Below are positions 1-11,115 of a DNA stretch of 64,000 bases, in pieces. A program made the translations under genes and the position numbers. Source of the stretch: Methanomassiliicoccaceae archaeon (GTDB taxonomy: Archaea > Thermoplasmatota > Thermoplasmata > Methanomassiliicoccales > Methanomassiliicoccaceae). Below the pieces are notes generated by a model that had not been told where the DNA came from, searched no databases, and worked only from the letters and a program-made list of their open reading frames with translations. Location: positions 736,001 through 800,000 of the forward strand of contig JAXGZN010000001.1 in the NCBI GenBank assembly GCA_040776945.1, in the 5' to 3' direction. Numbering within the stretch: the stretch's first letter is position 1; each line of letters starts with the position of its first letter.

Positions 1-96
1 GCGCGCAACCTCCAGGAAGTTGTTCTTACCGAACGGTATCCTCTGGGAGTTCACGACCTCGAACTGAACATTGCGCTCGTTGCTGCCATCGCTCAT
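1..96 (-). CDS. Hypothetical protein, 5' part (runs off window)
   Basis: Manual translation from ATG at 96: MSDGSNERNVQFEVVNSQRIPFGKNNFLEVAR, open to position 1; AT-rich promoter-like sequence upstream. Confidence 0.6.
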   Translation of the reverse strand, partial: MSDGSNERNVQFEVVNSQRIPFGKNNFLEVAR

Positions 97-244
97 TTTG
101 ACACCCTGTCTGGATATTGGAACCCTCCTCAGGACAATAAAGGTTTTGCCTTCATCAAGACCGACTCGGATGCTGGGCCGGAGGATGCCAGCGGGAAGGA
201 GCGGGTGCGACAGATAGAAATACGCAGGCGCTCATTGAACGGCC

Positions 245-1579
245 ATGTGCCCGGACGGGACGGAGCCAGAGGCTCCTCGTGCGCCCCTGTACTGCTCCAA
301 CTGCGGCACCCGGCTGCTTCCGGGTTCCAACTTCTGCACCGCCTGTGGTATGCCTCAGAGGACGGGCACCATGCCTCCGTGGCCGATGCCTTTCTATTTC
401 CCCCCGGCCCCCCGGCTGAACACCGCCAGGGAGATAGTTATGGCCTTCGGGACCTATGGATCGGTCGCCCTCGCCGTCCTGATGGCGCTCAACGTTGGCA
501 TTGCCGTATGGGGCATCGACCTGGTCTGGCCCCACCTGGACAAGCATATCTATCTCTTCGTGATCACGCCGTTCATCGTCAACTTCGCCGAACTGGGCGG
601 GAGCGCCTTCTTCGCTTATTACATCGTCTTGGTGGCGGCCATCGCCTCCTCCTTCGCATGGTTGATCTATAAGAGCCTTCCAGCGCTCAAGGACGAGCTT
701 CAGGTAAGGCAGCCCCAGGGCGGGCACAGCCCACTGTACATAACCGCCACCATGCTGTTCGCGGTGCTCACGTTCAACATCGCCTATTATTTCATAATCC
801 AGGCCTTCGGCGTCTCGACCACCACGCCCTCGTTCGAGACCCGGGAGCTGTGGCAGCTGATCTACGGCTTTGCCCATGCCTCGGTGTGGGAGGAGGTCGC
901 GTCCCGGGTGCTGCTCATTGGCGTGCCCCTGCTGCTCATCGACCTGTTGCTGCGCATGAAGGACCCGGGGCGAGGGATGAGGAGGCTGTCGAACTATGTC
1001 CTGGGAGGAGGCTTCGCCATCGGCAGGAAGGAAGCGTTCCTCATGGTCTTCTCCAGCTTGATGTTCGGCGCCGCGCATATGTTCTCCTGGGACCTGTTCA
1101 AGATCCTCCCGGCGGCGGCGGCCGGGCTGGCCTTCGCCTACCTGTACCTCAAGCTAGGGCTTTACGCGTCCATCATGTTCCACTTCGCCACCGATTTCCT
1201 GACCGTTCCCCTTCAAGTATGGCCCGATTACCTCTTGGTGACCGCGGCCGTCGGCCTGATGCTGCTTGTATGGCTGGCGATCGGGGCCCCGTACATGCTT
1301 CTTTACTTCTCCAAGGGGGCGGGCTGGCTTCTAGGCCGGAGGATCTGGCCCGATGTTCCCAGAGAGGGCCCTGGTCCTTCCCACGTTCCTAGCCCATTGT
1401 ACGCTGTCCCGGCGGCGATGTACTACCCGGCGCCTAATGTTCCCCCCGCCCCTTACGCCGGGGGGCCCGCGGTCCGTTTCGAGGACCCTCAAGGCTACGT
1501 GTGCAAGAACTGCGGGAACCGCGAGGCCGCCTACACCGAGGGTCGGCTCGTGTGCACGAGGTGCGGCGCGAGGCGTTAG
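245..1579 (+). CDS. CPBP/CAAX-family intramembrane metalloprotease with N- and C-terminal zinc ribbons
   Basis: EE(V)ASR, FGAAH and HFATD motifs; multiple TM helices; CxxC pairs at both ends. Confidence 0.85.
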   Translation: MCPDGTEPEAPRAPLYCSNCGTRLLPGSNFCTACGMPQRTGTMPPWPMPFYFPPAPRLNTAREIVMAFGTYGSVALAVLMALNVGIAVWGIDLVWPHLDKHIYLFVITPFIVNFAELGGSAFFAYYIVLVAAIASSFAWLIYKSLPALKDELQVRQPQGGHSPLYITATMLFAVLTFNIAYYFIIQAFGVSTTTPSFETRELWQLIYGFAHASVWEEVASRVLLIGVPLLLIDLLLRMKDPGRGMRRLSNYVLGGGFAIGRKEAFLMVFSSLMFGAAHMFSWDLFKILPAAAAGLAFAYLYLKLGLYASIMFHFATDFLTVPLQVWPDYLLVTAAVGLMLLVWLAIGAPYMLLYFSKGAGWLLGRRIWPDVPREGPGPSHVPSPLYAVPAAMYYPAPNVPPAPYAGGPAVRFEDPQGYVCKNCGNREAAYTEGRLVCTRCGARR

Positions 1580-2337
1580 CGGCCGGAGAGCATGGCCGCG
1601 AGGCGGTCCCTGCTGACCAGCGCGTCCTCGAGGCCCCTGGACTCGATCACGAACCTCCCTCCATAGCCTGCTAGCTCGTCTACCACGAGGCGGAAGTCGA
1701 CCGTGCCGTCCCCGATGGGCAGATGAGCGTCGTAGTCGCCCCGATTGTCATGCACGTGCAGATTGACCAAGCGGTGCTTGAGGTCCATGAACTCCTGGAG
1801 GAGCCCCATGGTGTGGGCGTGCCCGACATCAAGGCAAAACCCGAGGCCGGTGCCCTCGGCCATCTCCACCAGCGACTGAGGGGTGGTCCCCATGGAGAAC
1901 GGTCCCCGGGGCATGTTCTCCAGGGCCACCTTGACGCCGAGTTCCGCGGACAGACCATCAAGGAGGCGCAGCGAGGACCTTGCGGTTTCCAGTACCTTGT
2001 CGCGGCACACGAGCCCGATGGGCGTAAGGAACGAAGGGTGCACGGTGTACACGTCCATTTCCAGGCGCCGGCAGGCCTCCAGGCCGGCCACCAGCTCGCT
2101 CATCGCCGCCTCGCGCAGGCGGGGGTTCAGGGAGCCGATGTTAATGTCGCTCATCGGCGCATGGGCGCTGTACTTGAGATCATAGGACGGCGCGAGAGCG
2201 AGGAACTCCTTCTCGATGGTCCTGAGGTCGTGGCGGCCCTCTGCAACCACCTCCCAGGCCTTGAAGTTCGAGGCGATGGTCTCCAGCGCTCGGTGGAAGG
2301 GCATGCCGGAGAAGGCCGGCGAGGACACTGCGATCAT
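1576..2337 (-). CDS. Sugar phosphate isomerase/epimerase (AP endonuclease 2 TIM barrel)
   Basis: ALENM, CLDVGH, HVHDN..D.HL.IGDG, VIE motifs. Confidence 0.85.
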   Translation of the reverse strand: MIAVSSPAFSGMPFHRALETIASNFKAWEVVAEGRHDLRTIEKEFLALAPSYDLKYSAHAPMSDINIGSLNPRLREAAMSELVAGLEACRRLEMDVYTVHPSFLTPIGLVCRDKVLETARSSLRLLDGLSAELGVKVALENMPRGPFSMGTTPQSLVEMAEGTGLGFCLDVGHAHTMGLLQEFMDLKHRLVNLHVHDNRGDYDAHLPIGDGTVDFRLVVDELAGYGGRFVIESRGLEDALVSRDRLAAMLSGR

Positions 2338-2720
2338 TCCAGTCCCTCCACCGTGCTCTCCGCCAGATGATCGATCGCGTCCTGGATGTCGTCGGCCTCG
2401 ACGGTAACCTCGATCCCACCTAAGGCCACGGGACCATCGAGGAAGGACGCTTTGCCCATGAGCGCCGCTTGCTTGTTCAGCATGAACCTCGTGGCGCTGC
2501 CCTGAACGCCGCGCAGCATGACCGAGCGGGCGGTGTCGCGGATGTGCTGGTCGTGTATCATCTCGCGCAGCGCGTCCCCGCTGCCAGAGCGGCCGGTGAC
2601 GCTCCTCTCGCCGTCCTCGAGCTGGGCGTCAGGAAGGATGTTGAGGATCGCCCTGTGGACCTTTTCACGGTCCTCGGTGGGGAAGCAGGAGGCGGCCGCG
2701 GTGATCTTGAGCATGCTCAT
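2334..2720 (-). CDS. DUF54/UPF0201 RNA-binding family protein
   Basis: PTED.EKV..AI.N, IRDTAR, LNKQAA motifs. Confidence 0.85.
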   Translation of the reverse strand: MSMLKITAAASCFPTEDREKVHRAILNILPDAQLEDGERSVTGRSGSGDALREMIHDQHIRDTARSVMLRGVQGSATRFMLNKQAALMGKASFLDGPVALGGIEVTVEADDIQDAIDHLAESTVEGLE

Positions 2721-2794
2721 GCCATCTTTCTCATCGTAATAAAGGATTGTCGCTCGAAAAGATATTTACTACCCTGTTCATAATGGTGGCCGGG

Positions 2795-4237
2795 ATGAGG
2801 GACCGTGTTCTAGACATCTTGGCCAACGAGGGCGTTCTCCTGGAGCCTAGCGCTGCTGAGCTCGTCCTTGCCCGCTCGGACCCCGTTGACTTCGTGCGGT
2901 CCGCCCTGGCCTCGATGCCGCAGCAACCTCTGGTGCTGACCGTGGACGATCTTCGTCCTTACGCCGACGCGCCCGTCGTCCGCATCGTTCCCAAGGCCTT
3001 GGAGGAGGTGCGGAACGGACCGCCGGCACCGCTGCCCCGCGGCGACGGAGACTTCTGCGTGCTCCGGGACATCACCGGCAACTCGACCTGCGAGGGCAAC
3101 ATCATAGACTTCGCCCGGTACTTCAACGACCGGTTCAAGAAGATCAAGAAGATCCTGTCCACCCGCCGCGAGCTGGTCGGCTGCCTCCCGGTGCCCAAGG
3201 CCACCAAGTTCGACCGCGAGGTGAGGATGATAGCCATGGTCAACGAGGTGCGTACCACCAAGAACGGGCACAAGCTGCTGGAGGTGGAGGATGATGAGGG
3301 CCGCTGCCCGGTGCTCATCCTCAAGGACAGCCCTCTGATCAACGAGAGCATAGTCAATGATGAGGTCATAGGCATCGTGGGTAAGACGAGCACCAAGGGC
3401 GACCTGGTGGTGCTGAACGAGCTGGTGCGCCCAGACCTGCCTCTCCGGAGGACGATGCAGCCAAGCGACTCCTGGACCTCGGTGGCGTTCATGTCCGACG
3501 TGCATGTCGGATCGAACACCTTCCTCCATAAGCCCTGGGACCGTATGGTCCACTGGCTCAAGACCGAGGGCAAGAACGAGGTTCAGTACCTGGTCGTTCC
3601 GGGCGACGTGGTCGACGGCATCGGGGTGTTCCCGGGCCAGGAGGACGAGCTGGAGATCGATGACATCTTTGCCCAGTACGAGTCGTTGGTCGACCGCCTT
3701 AAGGAGGTGCCCGACGGCATCCGGGTCATTGTGCAGCCCGGCAACCACGACGCTGTGAGGCCCGCCGAGCCTCAGCCAACCTTCCCCAAGGACATCGCCA
3801 AGCTCTTTGATTCCTCGATCTCCCTGATCGGCAACCCCTGCTACCTGGAGATAGAGGGACGGAAGATCCTGTCCTATCACGGGCGAAGCTTGGACGATTG
3901 GATCGGGAGCGTTCAGGGACTGAGCTACAACAATCCCATGGAGGCCATGAAGGAGATGCTCAAGCGCCGCCACATGGCCCCCATCTATGGAGGACGGACG
4001 CCGCTGGCGCCGGAGAAGGAGGACTTCCTGGTCATCGATGAGGTGCCTGACATCTTCATCACCGGCCATGTGCATGGCGCTGGTATCGGCGAGTACCGAG
4101 GAGTGAGGCTGATCTGCGCCTCCACGTGGCAGGACCAGACCCCCTTCCAGAAGATGCACAACTTCAATCCTGACCCGGCCAAGCTCCCCATCGTTCATCT
4201 GGGAACCGGGGAGACCAGGATGCTCGACTTCAATTGA
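2795..4237 (+). CDS. polB: DNA polymerase D small (exonuclease) subunit DP1
   Basis: OB fold plus calcineurin-like phosphoesterase motifs SDVHVG, GDVVDG, PGNHD, HG, GHVH; start placed at MRDRVL. Confidence 0.95.
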   Translation: MRDRVLDILANEGVLLEPSAAELVLARSDPVDFVRSALASMPQQPLVLTVDDLRPYADAPVVRIVPKALEEVRNGPPAPLPRGDGDFCVLRDITGNSTCEGNIIDFARYFNDRFKKIKKILSTRRELVGCLPVPKATKFDREVRMIAMVNEVRTTKNGHKLLEVEDDEGRCPVLILKDSPLINESIVNDEVIGIVGKTSTKGDLVVLNELVRPDLPLRRTMQPSDSWTSVAFMSDVHVGSNTFLHKPWDRMVHWLKTEGKNEVQYLVVPGDVVDGIGVFPGQEDELEIDDIFAQYESLVDRLKEVPDGIRVIVQPGNHDAVRPAEPQPTFPKDIAKLFDSSISLIGNPCYLEIEGRKILSYHGRSLDDWIGSVQGLSYNNPMEAMKEMLKRRHMAPIYGGRTPLAPEKEDFLVIDEVPDIFITGHVHGAGIGEYRGVRLICASTWQDQTPFQKMHNFNPDPAKLPIVHLGTGETRMLDFN

Positions 4238-4238
4238 T

Positions 4239-5204
4239 CTATCCGAACAGCATTACGAGCAGAAGTATGTACCCGGCATAGGCGGACAGCAGAGCGGCCC
4301 CCATGCGCCTCCCTCCCCGATCGAACGCGGCAAGTAGGACGACTATAATGGTCGACATCGCGATCATTACCGCCAATCCCACCGCGGTCTCCAAGCCTGT
4401 GGTGTCATAGCCGCCCACAACGGCGCCGAGACCGAGGATGAAGAGCGAGTTGGCGATTATTGTGCCGATGATGTTGCCCAGAACCACGTCCGACTGCCCT
4501 CTCCTCGACCCGGTGATGGTCACGGTGATCTCCGGTATCGTGGTCCCTATCCCGACCAAGGTCAGACCGATGACCTCCTCGCTGACCCCCAGCCCACGTG
4601 CGAGGCCCGAGGCCCCGTCCACTACCGCTTCCGCGCCCAGCGCCAGCAGGACCGTTCCAGCGATAAGAAGAAGGGCAATCATCGGAACGGGGCGGGGCTT
4701 GATCCCCTCCACGGTCTCCAGTTCCTCCTCCACCACCGCGCATTCCTCACCCCGGCAGGCCGAAGTGTACAGCACGTAGAAGAAAACCACGAGCGTGATG
4801 AGCAGTACCATGCCATCGACAAGGCCCAGGCGGCCGTCCAGGGCCAGAACGGCGACCAGGGGGCCGGAGAGCAACAGGAAGACGGACTCCCGGCGAAGGC
4901 TCCGCAGCCTTAGGGCCACCGGCCCCAGGAGGCAGGCGACGCCCAGGACCAGAGCGCCGTTGGAGATATTGGCCCCGATGACATTGCCCAGGGAGATCTC
5001 GTTGGCCCCTTCCAGTGTGGACACCACGGCCAGCACTGCTTCCGGCGAGGATGTTCCGATGGAGACCACGGTCAGCCCGACGATGAGCGGCCTGACCCCG
5101 TAGTGAAGCGCAAGCCCTGCGGCACCGTCCACCAGCCACCTTGAGCCGAGGTACAGGGCAACGGCTCCCACTGCGAGGAGGACCGCCGGCAGCATCAGGT
5201 CCAT
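4239..5204 (-). CDS. Calcium/sodium antiporter (CaCA, YrbG-like)
   Basis: Two alpha repeats GTSSPE...GN.IG and GTTIPE...GNIIG. Confidence 0.9.
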   Translation of the reverse strand: MDLMLPAVLLAVGAVALYLGSRWLVDGAAGLALHYGVRPLIVGLTVVSIGTSSPEAVLAVVSTLEGANEISLGNVIGANISNGALVLGVACLLGPVALRLRSLRRESVFLLLSGPLVAVLALDGRLGLVDGMVLLITLVVFFYVLYTSACRGEECAVVEEELETVEGIKPRPVPMIALLLIAGTVLLALGAEAVVDGASGLARGLGVSEEVIGLTLVGIGTTIPEITVTITGSRRGQSDVVLGNIIGTIIANSLFILGLGAVVGGYDTTGLETAVGLAVMIAMSTIIVVLLAAFDRGGRRMGAALLSAYAGYILLLVMLFG

Positions 5205-5240
5205 GCCGCGGCTATAAGGGCGGGGGCAAGAAAAACCTTT

Positions 5241-5330
5241 TCAGGGAACGAAGAACAGGAAGTACACTATCAGCAGATAACCCAGCACCAGCATGAACAG
5301 GGAGATCTTCCACGCCAGACCGAACAACAT
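5241..5330 (-). CDS. Putative 29-aa single-TM small protein
   Basis: Manual translation MLFGLAWKISLFMLVLGYLLIVYFLFFVP*; fills the atpD-antiporter gap; host-like GC3-rich codons. Confidence 0.55.
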   Translation of the reverse strand: MLFGLAWKISLFMLVLGYLLIVYFLFFVP

Positions 5331-5379
5331 TATCCGGGCTCGGGGATCATTAAAATCGAGAAAGGGTTTGACGAGGTCC

Positions 5380-6030
5380 TTAAGCCGCCTCAACTTTAGC
5401 CTCGGCCTTGTCCTTGATGCGCTTCAGGCGGAACGTGTTCTCCCTCTCCATCTCCTGCAAGCGCAGCTCGATGAACGCTTTGGCCTCTTCCAGCTCAGGG
5501 ATGACCTTGAACTCCAGCGCATTGACTCGCCGCTTGGTCTTCTCGATCTCGTCGAGGAGCTTCTTCATCGTGGTCTCGATCTCAGCCGCCTGCACCAGGG
5601 TCTCCACCAGGTTCTCGAACGCCGCGGTGGCCTCGTCGATATAGGTCGAGGTTCCGATGACCCCGTAGCCCCGCTGGTCCACAGTGCTCTTGATGGAGTT
5701 CGTCTCTATCTCCGGCACCACTATGCCCATGATGTTCTTTGAGCGCAGGGTCACCTCCGGATGGAGGCGGAGGGCGAAGGCCGCTGACTGAACGGCAATC
5801 GCGCCGTCGACGGCCTGGGCCACGTTTATCTTGGCCATGGCCTCGTCGTAGTCCTTTACGATCTTCACACGGACCTGCTTGGCCTGCTCAAGGATCTTGA
5901 AGAACTCGATGATGAGGCCGTCCCTCTTCATCTTCAGGATCTTGTACCCTGACTTTGTCAGCTTGATCCTCTTCTTGACCTCGAGCAGCTCCGAGCGGGT
6001 TGGCTTGACCTCCATCCGTGGCATCTTCAC
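5380..6030 (-). CDS. atpD: A1Ao/V-type ATP synthase subunit D
   Basis: [23 protein letters not shown] motifs; operon position. Confidence 0.97.
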   Translation of the reverse strand: MKMPRMEVKPTRSELLEVKKRIKLTKSGYKILKMKRDGLIIEFFKILEQAKQVRVKIVKDYDEAMAKINVAQAVDGAIAVQSAAFALRLHPEVTLRSKNIMGIVVPEIETNSIKSTVDQRGYGVIGTSTYIDEATAAFENLVETLVQAAEIETTMKKLLDEIEKTKRRVNALEFKVIPELEEAKAFIELRLQEMERENTFRLKRIKDKAEAKVEAA

Positions 6031-7418
6031 TCACTCTTTTTGTAGGCGGGGTGGTACTTCTCGATGTACTTCCGATCGATCCTGGACAGCTGGTTCACCG
6101 GCAGCATCGACACCAGGTCCCAGGCGAGGTCGAGGGTGGTCTCGATATCGCGGTCCTCGTCACGGCCCTGCCGGACGAAGCGGTTCTCGAAGGCATCGGC
6201 GAAGTCAAGGAACTTGCGATCGCGCTCGGAGAGCGATTCCTTCCCCACGATGGCCACGAGGCCCCTGAGGTCACGGCCCTCGGCATAGGCGGCATAGCAC
6301 TGGTCGGAGACGGCCTTGTGGTCCTCCCTGGTCAGGCCTGGCCCGATCCCAGCGTTCATCAGCCTCGATAGCGAGGCGCCCACGTTGATCGGGGGGACTA
6401 TGCCCGCGCGGTGGATCTCCCTGGATGCCACTATCTGACCCTCGGTGATGTATCCCGTCAGGTCCGGAATGGGATGGGTGATGTCATCACCAGGCATCGT
6501 CAGGATGGGGATCTGGGTGATGGAGCCTTTCTTGCCCTTGATCCTCCCCGCACGCTCGTACAGGGTCGCCAGGTCAGTGTACATGTACCCAGGATAGCCG
6601 CGGCGGCCGGGCACTTCCTCACGGGCAGCGCCGATCTGCCTCAGCGCCTCGCAATAGTTGGTGATGTCCGTCAGGATGACCAGGACGTGCATGTCCAGTT
6701 CGAAGGCCAGGTACTCAGCGGTGGTGAGCGCCAGTCTCGGGGTGATGATCCTCTCGATGGCGGGATCATCGGCCAGGTTCATGAACACGACCGCCCGCTT
6801 CAGAGCGCCGGTCCTCTCGAAGTCGTTCATGAAGTACTGCGCTTCCTCGGCGGTGATGCCCATGGCGGCGAATACCACGGCGAACTCCTCGTTGGAGCCG
6901 CGCACCTTGGCCTGCCTGGCGATCTGCAGAGCGATGTCGTTGTGGGGCAGGCCGCTCCCGGAGAATATGGGCAGCTTCTGCCCTCGCACCAGGGTGTTCA
7001 TCCCGTCGATGGTCGAAATGCCGGTCTGTATGAACTCCTTGGGCTCGTCACGGGCCCATGGGTTTATCGCCGCCCCGTTGATGTCCAGACGGTCCTCGGG
7101 CGTGATGGCCGGGCCGCCGTCGATGGGGTCGCCGGCGCCGTCCAGGATCCTGCCCAGCATGTCGCGGGAAACAGGCATCTTCATGGTCTCGCCAAGGAAC
7201 TTCACTCCCGCGGCGCGCTCCACGCCGGCGGTGCCTTCGAACACCTGGATGACGACGTACTTGCCGGACGTGTCCAGCACCTGGCCCCTCTTCTGGGTGC
7301 CATCGGGCATGGTCACGGTCGCGAGCTCGTTATAGCCGACCGGCTCGGTCTTCTCCACGAAGACCAGCGGACCTGCGATCTGAGAGATTGTGCGGTACTC
7401 TTTGGATACGATGCTCAT
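6027..7418 (-). CDS. atpB: A1Ao ATP synthase subunit B
   Basis: [29 protein letters not shown]. Confidence 0.98.
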   Translation of the reverse strand: MSIVSKEYRTISQIAGPLVFVEKTEPVGYNELATVTMPDGTQKRGQVLDTSGKYVVIQVFEGTAGVERAAGVKFLGETMKMPVSRDMLGRILDGAGDPIDGGPAITPEDRLDINGAAINPWARDEPKEFIQTGISTIDGMNTLVRGQKLPIFSGSGLPHNDIALQIARQAKVRGSNEEFAVVFAAMGITAEEAQYFMNDFERTGALKRAVVFMNLADDPAIERIITPRLALTTAEYLAFELDMHVLVILTDITNYCEALRQIGAAREEVPGRRGYPGYMYTDLATLYERAGRIKGKKGSITQIPILTMPGDDITHPIPDLTGYITEGQIVASREIHRAGIVPPINVGASLSRLMNAGIGPGLTREDHKAVSDQCYAAYAEGRDLRGLVAIVGKESLSERDRKFLDFADAFENRFVRQGRDEDRDIETTLDLAWDLVSMLPVNQLSRIDRKYIEKYHPAYKKSE

Positions 7419-9154
7419 GCCTTACCCCCCAGGGATTCGAACTGGCCGGCCATCTCCTTGCCCACGGCGTCCAGTTCCTGGTCGATGTTCTCCTCGTACT
7501 TGGCCTTGGCCAGCCTGTTCCTTACCGGCAGCTCGACGATGGAGTCGACGGAAACGTCGGACTCGACGGCCCTGTTGGACAGGTCGGAGAACTGTCTGAT
7601 GAGCTTCATGAACTTGTACTGGCGCGGCAGAGGGCAGTAGGTATCGACCTTGTGGTAGGCGTTCTGCTGCAGGAAGATCTCGCGGATCATCCTGGCCACC
7701 TCAAGAACCATCTTCTGCTCGTCGGGCAGCGCGTCGGAACCGACCAGCTGCACGATCTCTTGCAGCTCGGCCTCCTTCTGCAGCACCTCCATGGCCCACT
7801 GCCTCAGGGCGGGGAAGTCCTCGGCCACGTTGGCCTTGTACCACGCGTCGAGGTTTCCGGTGTAGAGCGAGTATGACGTGAGCCAGTTGATGGCGGGGAA
7901 GTGCCTCCTCTCGCGAAGCTTGGAGTCCAGGGCCCAGAACACGCGGACGATGCGCAGGGTGTTCTGCGTGACCGGCTCGGACATGTCACCGCCGGGCGGG
8001 GACACCGCGCCGACGACGGAGACCGAGCCGACGGTCCCATTGGGGTTGTTCACCCGGCCGGACCTCTCGTAGAACTCCGATAGCCTGGCAGCGAGGTAGG
8101 CTGGATAGCCTTCCTCGCCAGGCATCTCCTCGAGACGGGACGAGATCTCCCTCATGGCCTCGGCCCACCTTGATGTGGAGTCGGCCATCAGCGAGACGTT
8201 GTAGCCCATGTCGCGGTAGTACTCCGCAATGGTCATGCCGGTATAGACGGACGCCTCACGGGCGGCCACGGGCATGTTGGATGTGTTGGCGATCAGCACG
8301 GTCCTCTGCATCAGAGGCTCCCCGGTCTTGGGGTCCTCCAGTTCCGGGAAGGTTGCCAGCACCTCGGTCATCTCGTTCCCGCGCTCACCGCAGCCGATGT
8401 ACACGACGATCTCGGCGTCTGACCATTTTGCAAGCTGCTGCTGGGTGACGGTCTTCCCGGTGCCGAACGCGCCGGGGATGGCCCCGGTGCCGCCCATGGG
8501 AAGGGGGAACATGGTGTCAAGAACGCGCTGACCGGTGACAAGGGGGATGTCGGGAAGCAGTTTCTTCTCGAAGGGCCTCCCGGACCGTACTGGCCACTTC
8601 TGCAGCATGGTGATCTTCTTCCCGCCCACGGTGGCAATGGTCTCATCGACGGTGAAGTCGCCCTCGGTGATGCTGTCAAGGGTGCCGCTGATCCCAGGCG
8701 GGATCATGATCTTGTGGACGATGTTGAACTCCATCACCGTCCCGATGATGCTTCCGGGGACCACTTGGTCGCCTTTCTTGGCAGTAGGGGTGAAGTGCCA
8801 CTTCTTCGTGTGGTCCAATCCGGGGGCGCTGACCCCCCTCTTGATAAAGTCGCCCATGCTCTTCATGAGGACGGGGAGAGGTCTCTGGATACCATCGTAC
8901 ACGCTGCTCAACAGACCGGGGCCCAGCTCGGCCACCAGAGGCTGCGCGGTATCGATGACCTTCTCGCCGGGCTTCAGCCCGGAGGTCTCTTCGTAAACTT
9001 GAATGATGGTCTTGTCGCCGTCGATCTTGATGACCTCGCCCATCAGGCCCTCTTCTCCCACCTGCATGATGTCATACATCTTGGGGGAGATCCCGATCGC
9101 GGTCACCACCGGTCCGGCTACCCTGTAGATCTCACCTTGCTTCGCCATTTTCAA
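7415..9154 (-). CDS. atpA: A1Ao ATP synthase subunit A (no intein)
   Basis: P-loop [28 protein letters not shown]. Confidence 0.98.
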   Translation of the reverse strand: MKMAKQGEIYRVAGPVVTAIGISPKMYDIMQVGEEGLMGEVIKIDGDKTIIQVYEETSGLKPGEKVIDTAQPLVAELGPGLLSSVYDGIQRPLPVLMKSMGDFIKRGVSAPGLDHTKKWHFTPTAKKGDQVVPGSIIGTVMEFNIVHKIMIPPGISGTLDSITEGDFTVDETIATVGGKKITMLQKWPVRSGRPFEKKLLPDIPLVTGQRVLDTMFPLPMGGTGAIPGAFGTGKTVTQQQLAKWSDAEIVVYIGCGERGNEMTEVLATFPELEDPKTGEPLMQRTVLIANTSNMPVAAREASVYTGMTIAEYYRDMGYNVSLMADSTSRWAEAMREISSRLEEMPGEEGYPAYLAARLSEFYERSGRVNNPNGTVGSVSVVGAVSPPGGDMSEPVTQNTLRIVRVFWALDSKLRERRHFPAINWLTSYSLYTGNLDAWYKANVAEDFPALRQWAMEVLQKEAELQEIVQLVGSDALPDEQKMVLEVARMIREIFLQQNAYHKVDTYCPLPRQYKFMKLIRQFSDLSNRAVESDVSVDSIVELPVRNRLAKAKYEENIDQELDAVGKEMAGQFESLGGKA

Positions 9155-9456
9155 TCCCTCTCAGTCTTGTATAGGTCAACGCCAATCGCCCTCTTCACCT
9201 TCTCTCTCAGGTCGCCCTCTTCTCCGCCCACCGGAACAACGACCGGGGAGATGCTGTCCATCGCCTTCTTGCGGGAGTTGGGAGAGGTCCCGGACAGGTC
9301 AGCGGCATTAATGGCCAATATGCCGATGGACGGGTCCGCCACCAGTTCCAGCAGCTTCTGCTCGTACTCCGCCGGCCGGACGGCATACACCCGCCGGATG
9401 CCGGCAAGGCGGAAGCCCAGCACGAACTCCTCGCTTCCTAGCACTGCGAACTCCAT
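9151..9456 (-). CDS. atpF: A1Ao ATP synthase subunit F
   Basis: [16 protein letters not shown]. Confidence 0.95.
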   Translation of the reverse strand: MEFAVLGSEEFVLGFRLAGIRRVYAVRPAEYEQKLLELVADPSIGILAINAADLSGTSPNSRKKAMDSISPVVVPVGGEEGDLREKVKRAIGVDLYKTERD

Positions 9457-10517
9457 CAGATCACCAGCAGCTTCTTGATCGCCTCGTGGTCCATCCCGGT
9501 GGCCTTGCCGCGGGCCACGATGCGGATGTTGTCGACCTCGATCTTCTTCCTTATAACATAGTCTATGATGGAAAGGACCGACAGTGGATAGAGATGGGAG
9601 AACTTCTCCGCCTGCTTGGCCTGATAGGCCTGCAGACTCAGCATCACGTCGTTGAGGGAGCCGGTCCTCTTGGCCGTCTCCAGCCCTTCCTTTATGTCCT
9701 CGTAGAACTTCAGCTTGGACAGCTCACCGAGCATTTGTTCAAAGCTCTCGGCCGAGGACAGCCGTGTAAGCTCCTTGATGTCCATTTCATGTCCGCCCTC
9801 GATGAAGAAGGGGTGGATCTTTTCCATGCTCAGCCCTGCCTGCTTGAGCTTGAGCAGGGTGCGCAGGTTGACGATGTCTATCTCCCTTCGGATATACTGG
9901 TGGAAGAGCGTGCGAGGCTTTCCCTTGGGAGGGACGGCTATCAGCAGCTTCTCATAGTAGTCCTTGTCGAGATAGTCCTCGATGGGGGCCAGGTTCCCGG
10001 TCTTCTCGTAGTTCGACAGGACCTCCTCGGGAATGGTGATGTCCTGCTTGCTGTGCACGGCGTCCAGGACCGCCATCGGGCCGTCCAGCGCCACCAAGGA
10101 TAAAAGATACTCCTCGCTGAGGTTCCCGGCAGGAACCAGGTCCTCCTGGATCTCTTCGAGGCTCGCGTTGGAGAACTTGCCGCGCAAGATGGTCTTGATG
10201 TTCTGATAGTCCCACCGGCGCAGATAGGCCGCCAGGATGGTCCTGAGGTCGCCCTCGCAAAAGTTGATGATGCTGCGGTACGTGCGGGCGAGGTTCATGG
10301 AGGTGCCCAGTTCGATGAGGTTGACCCCTGAATACTTGGAGGCCAGTTCCGTCATTTCCTGCTTGTATTCCGTCTCGCCCATGAACCTGCCAATCTCGTT
10401 GAGATCCATCATCATCAACTTGGGGTAGTTGTCCTTGGTCAGCAGCTGGGCCTTCTTCGCCTTGACCCTGGCCGTGGCATATGGATAGTTACCCTTTTTG
10501 CGGCCTAGTTTATACAT
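9456..10517 (-). CDS. atpC: A1Ao ATP synthase subunit C
   Basis: YPYATARV, EVDNIRIVARGK; operon position. Confidence 0.95.
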   Translation of the reverse strand: MYKLGRKKGNYPYATARVKAKKAQLLTKDNYPKLMMMDLNEIGRFMGETEYKQEMTELASKYSGVNLIELGTSMNLARTYRSIINFCEGDLRTILAAYLRRWDYQNIKTILRGKFSNASLEEIQEDLVPAGNLSEEYLLSLVALDGPMAVLDAVHSKQDITIPEEVLSNYEKTGNLAPIEDYLDKDYYEKLLIAVPPKGKPRTLFHQYIRREIDIVNLRTLLKLKQAGLSMEKIHPFFIEGGHEMDIKELTRLSSAESFEQMLGELSKLKFYEDIKEGLETAKRTGSLNDVMLSLQAYQAKQAEKFSHLYPLSVLSIIDYVIRKKIEVDNIRIVARGKATGMDHEAIKKLLVI

Positions 10518-10532
10518 TTGTTCACCTAACGC

Positions 10533-11090
10533 TCACTCGAACAGGATGTTCGAGATGTTCTTCATGTCCCGGTCCCAGATGCTCTCCAGGATGGTCTCGA
10601 AGCGGTAGTCCAGGCGGACCGAACCGTCCTCGTTCTCCAAGATCAGGCCGGAGCTCATATCGATCTCGGTCAGGCACTCGCATCCCCTGAGCCCAGCCAG
10701 TAGGTCGGCCTCGCCCTTGGGGATGAAGACCTTGGGCCTGTTTATGGCCCTCTTGCCATCGACCAGGATCTTCTTGTATAGATCGGACTTCTCGTTGGGG
10801 CCCATCGTGGACAGCTCCTTGAGCATATCCTCGAAGGTCCGGTTCAGGATGTCCTTCCTCTTGTTGAGGATGATCTTCTTTGCCTCCAGTTCAGCACTGG
10901 AGAGTTCCTGCCTCCTCATGCGCATGAGGCCGTCCTGGAGCTCTTTCTCCTCCGATCTACGCATCTTCTCGATCCTTTGATCGACTTCCTGGAGGATCTT
11001 CGCTCTCTCCTTCTCAGCCTCCTGGATTCGCTGGTCGGCTTCCTTCCTAGCGGTCTCCAGGATATCTTCGGCTACCTTGTCCAATGCCAT
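10533..11090 (-). CDS. atpE: A1Ao ATP synthase subunit E
   Basis: N-terminal coiled coil, GLILENEDG..RLDYRF. Confidence 0.93.
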   Translation of the reverse strand: MALDKVAEDILETARKEADQRIQEAEKERAKILQEVDQRIEKMRRSEEKELQDGLMRMRRQELSSAELEAKKIILNKRKDILNRTFEDMLKELSTMGPNEKSDLYKKILVDGKRAINRPKVFIPKGEADLLAGLRGCECLTEIDMSSGLILENEDGSVRLDYRFETILESIWDRDMKNISNILFE

Positions 11091-11115
11091 GAGCCAGCCT
11101 CTGTGCGCGGACTGC

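Noticed and set aside
7415-9154. Intein in ATP synthase subunit A
   Set aside because: The protein is normal length (579 aa) and continuous across the usual VMA insertion sites.
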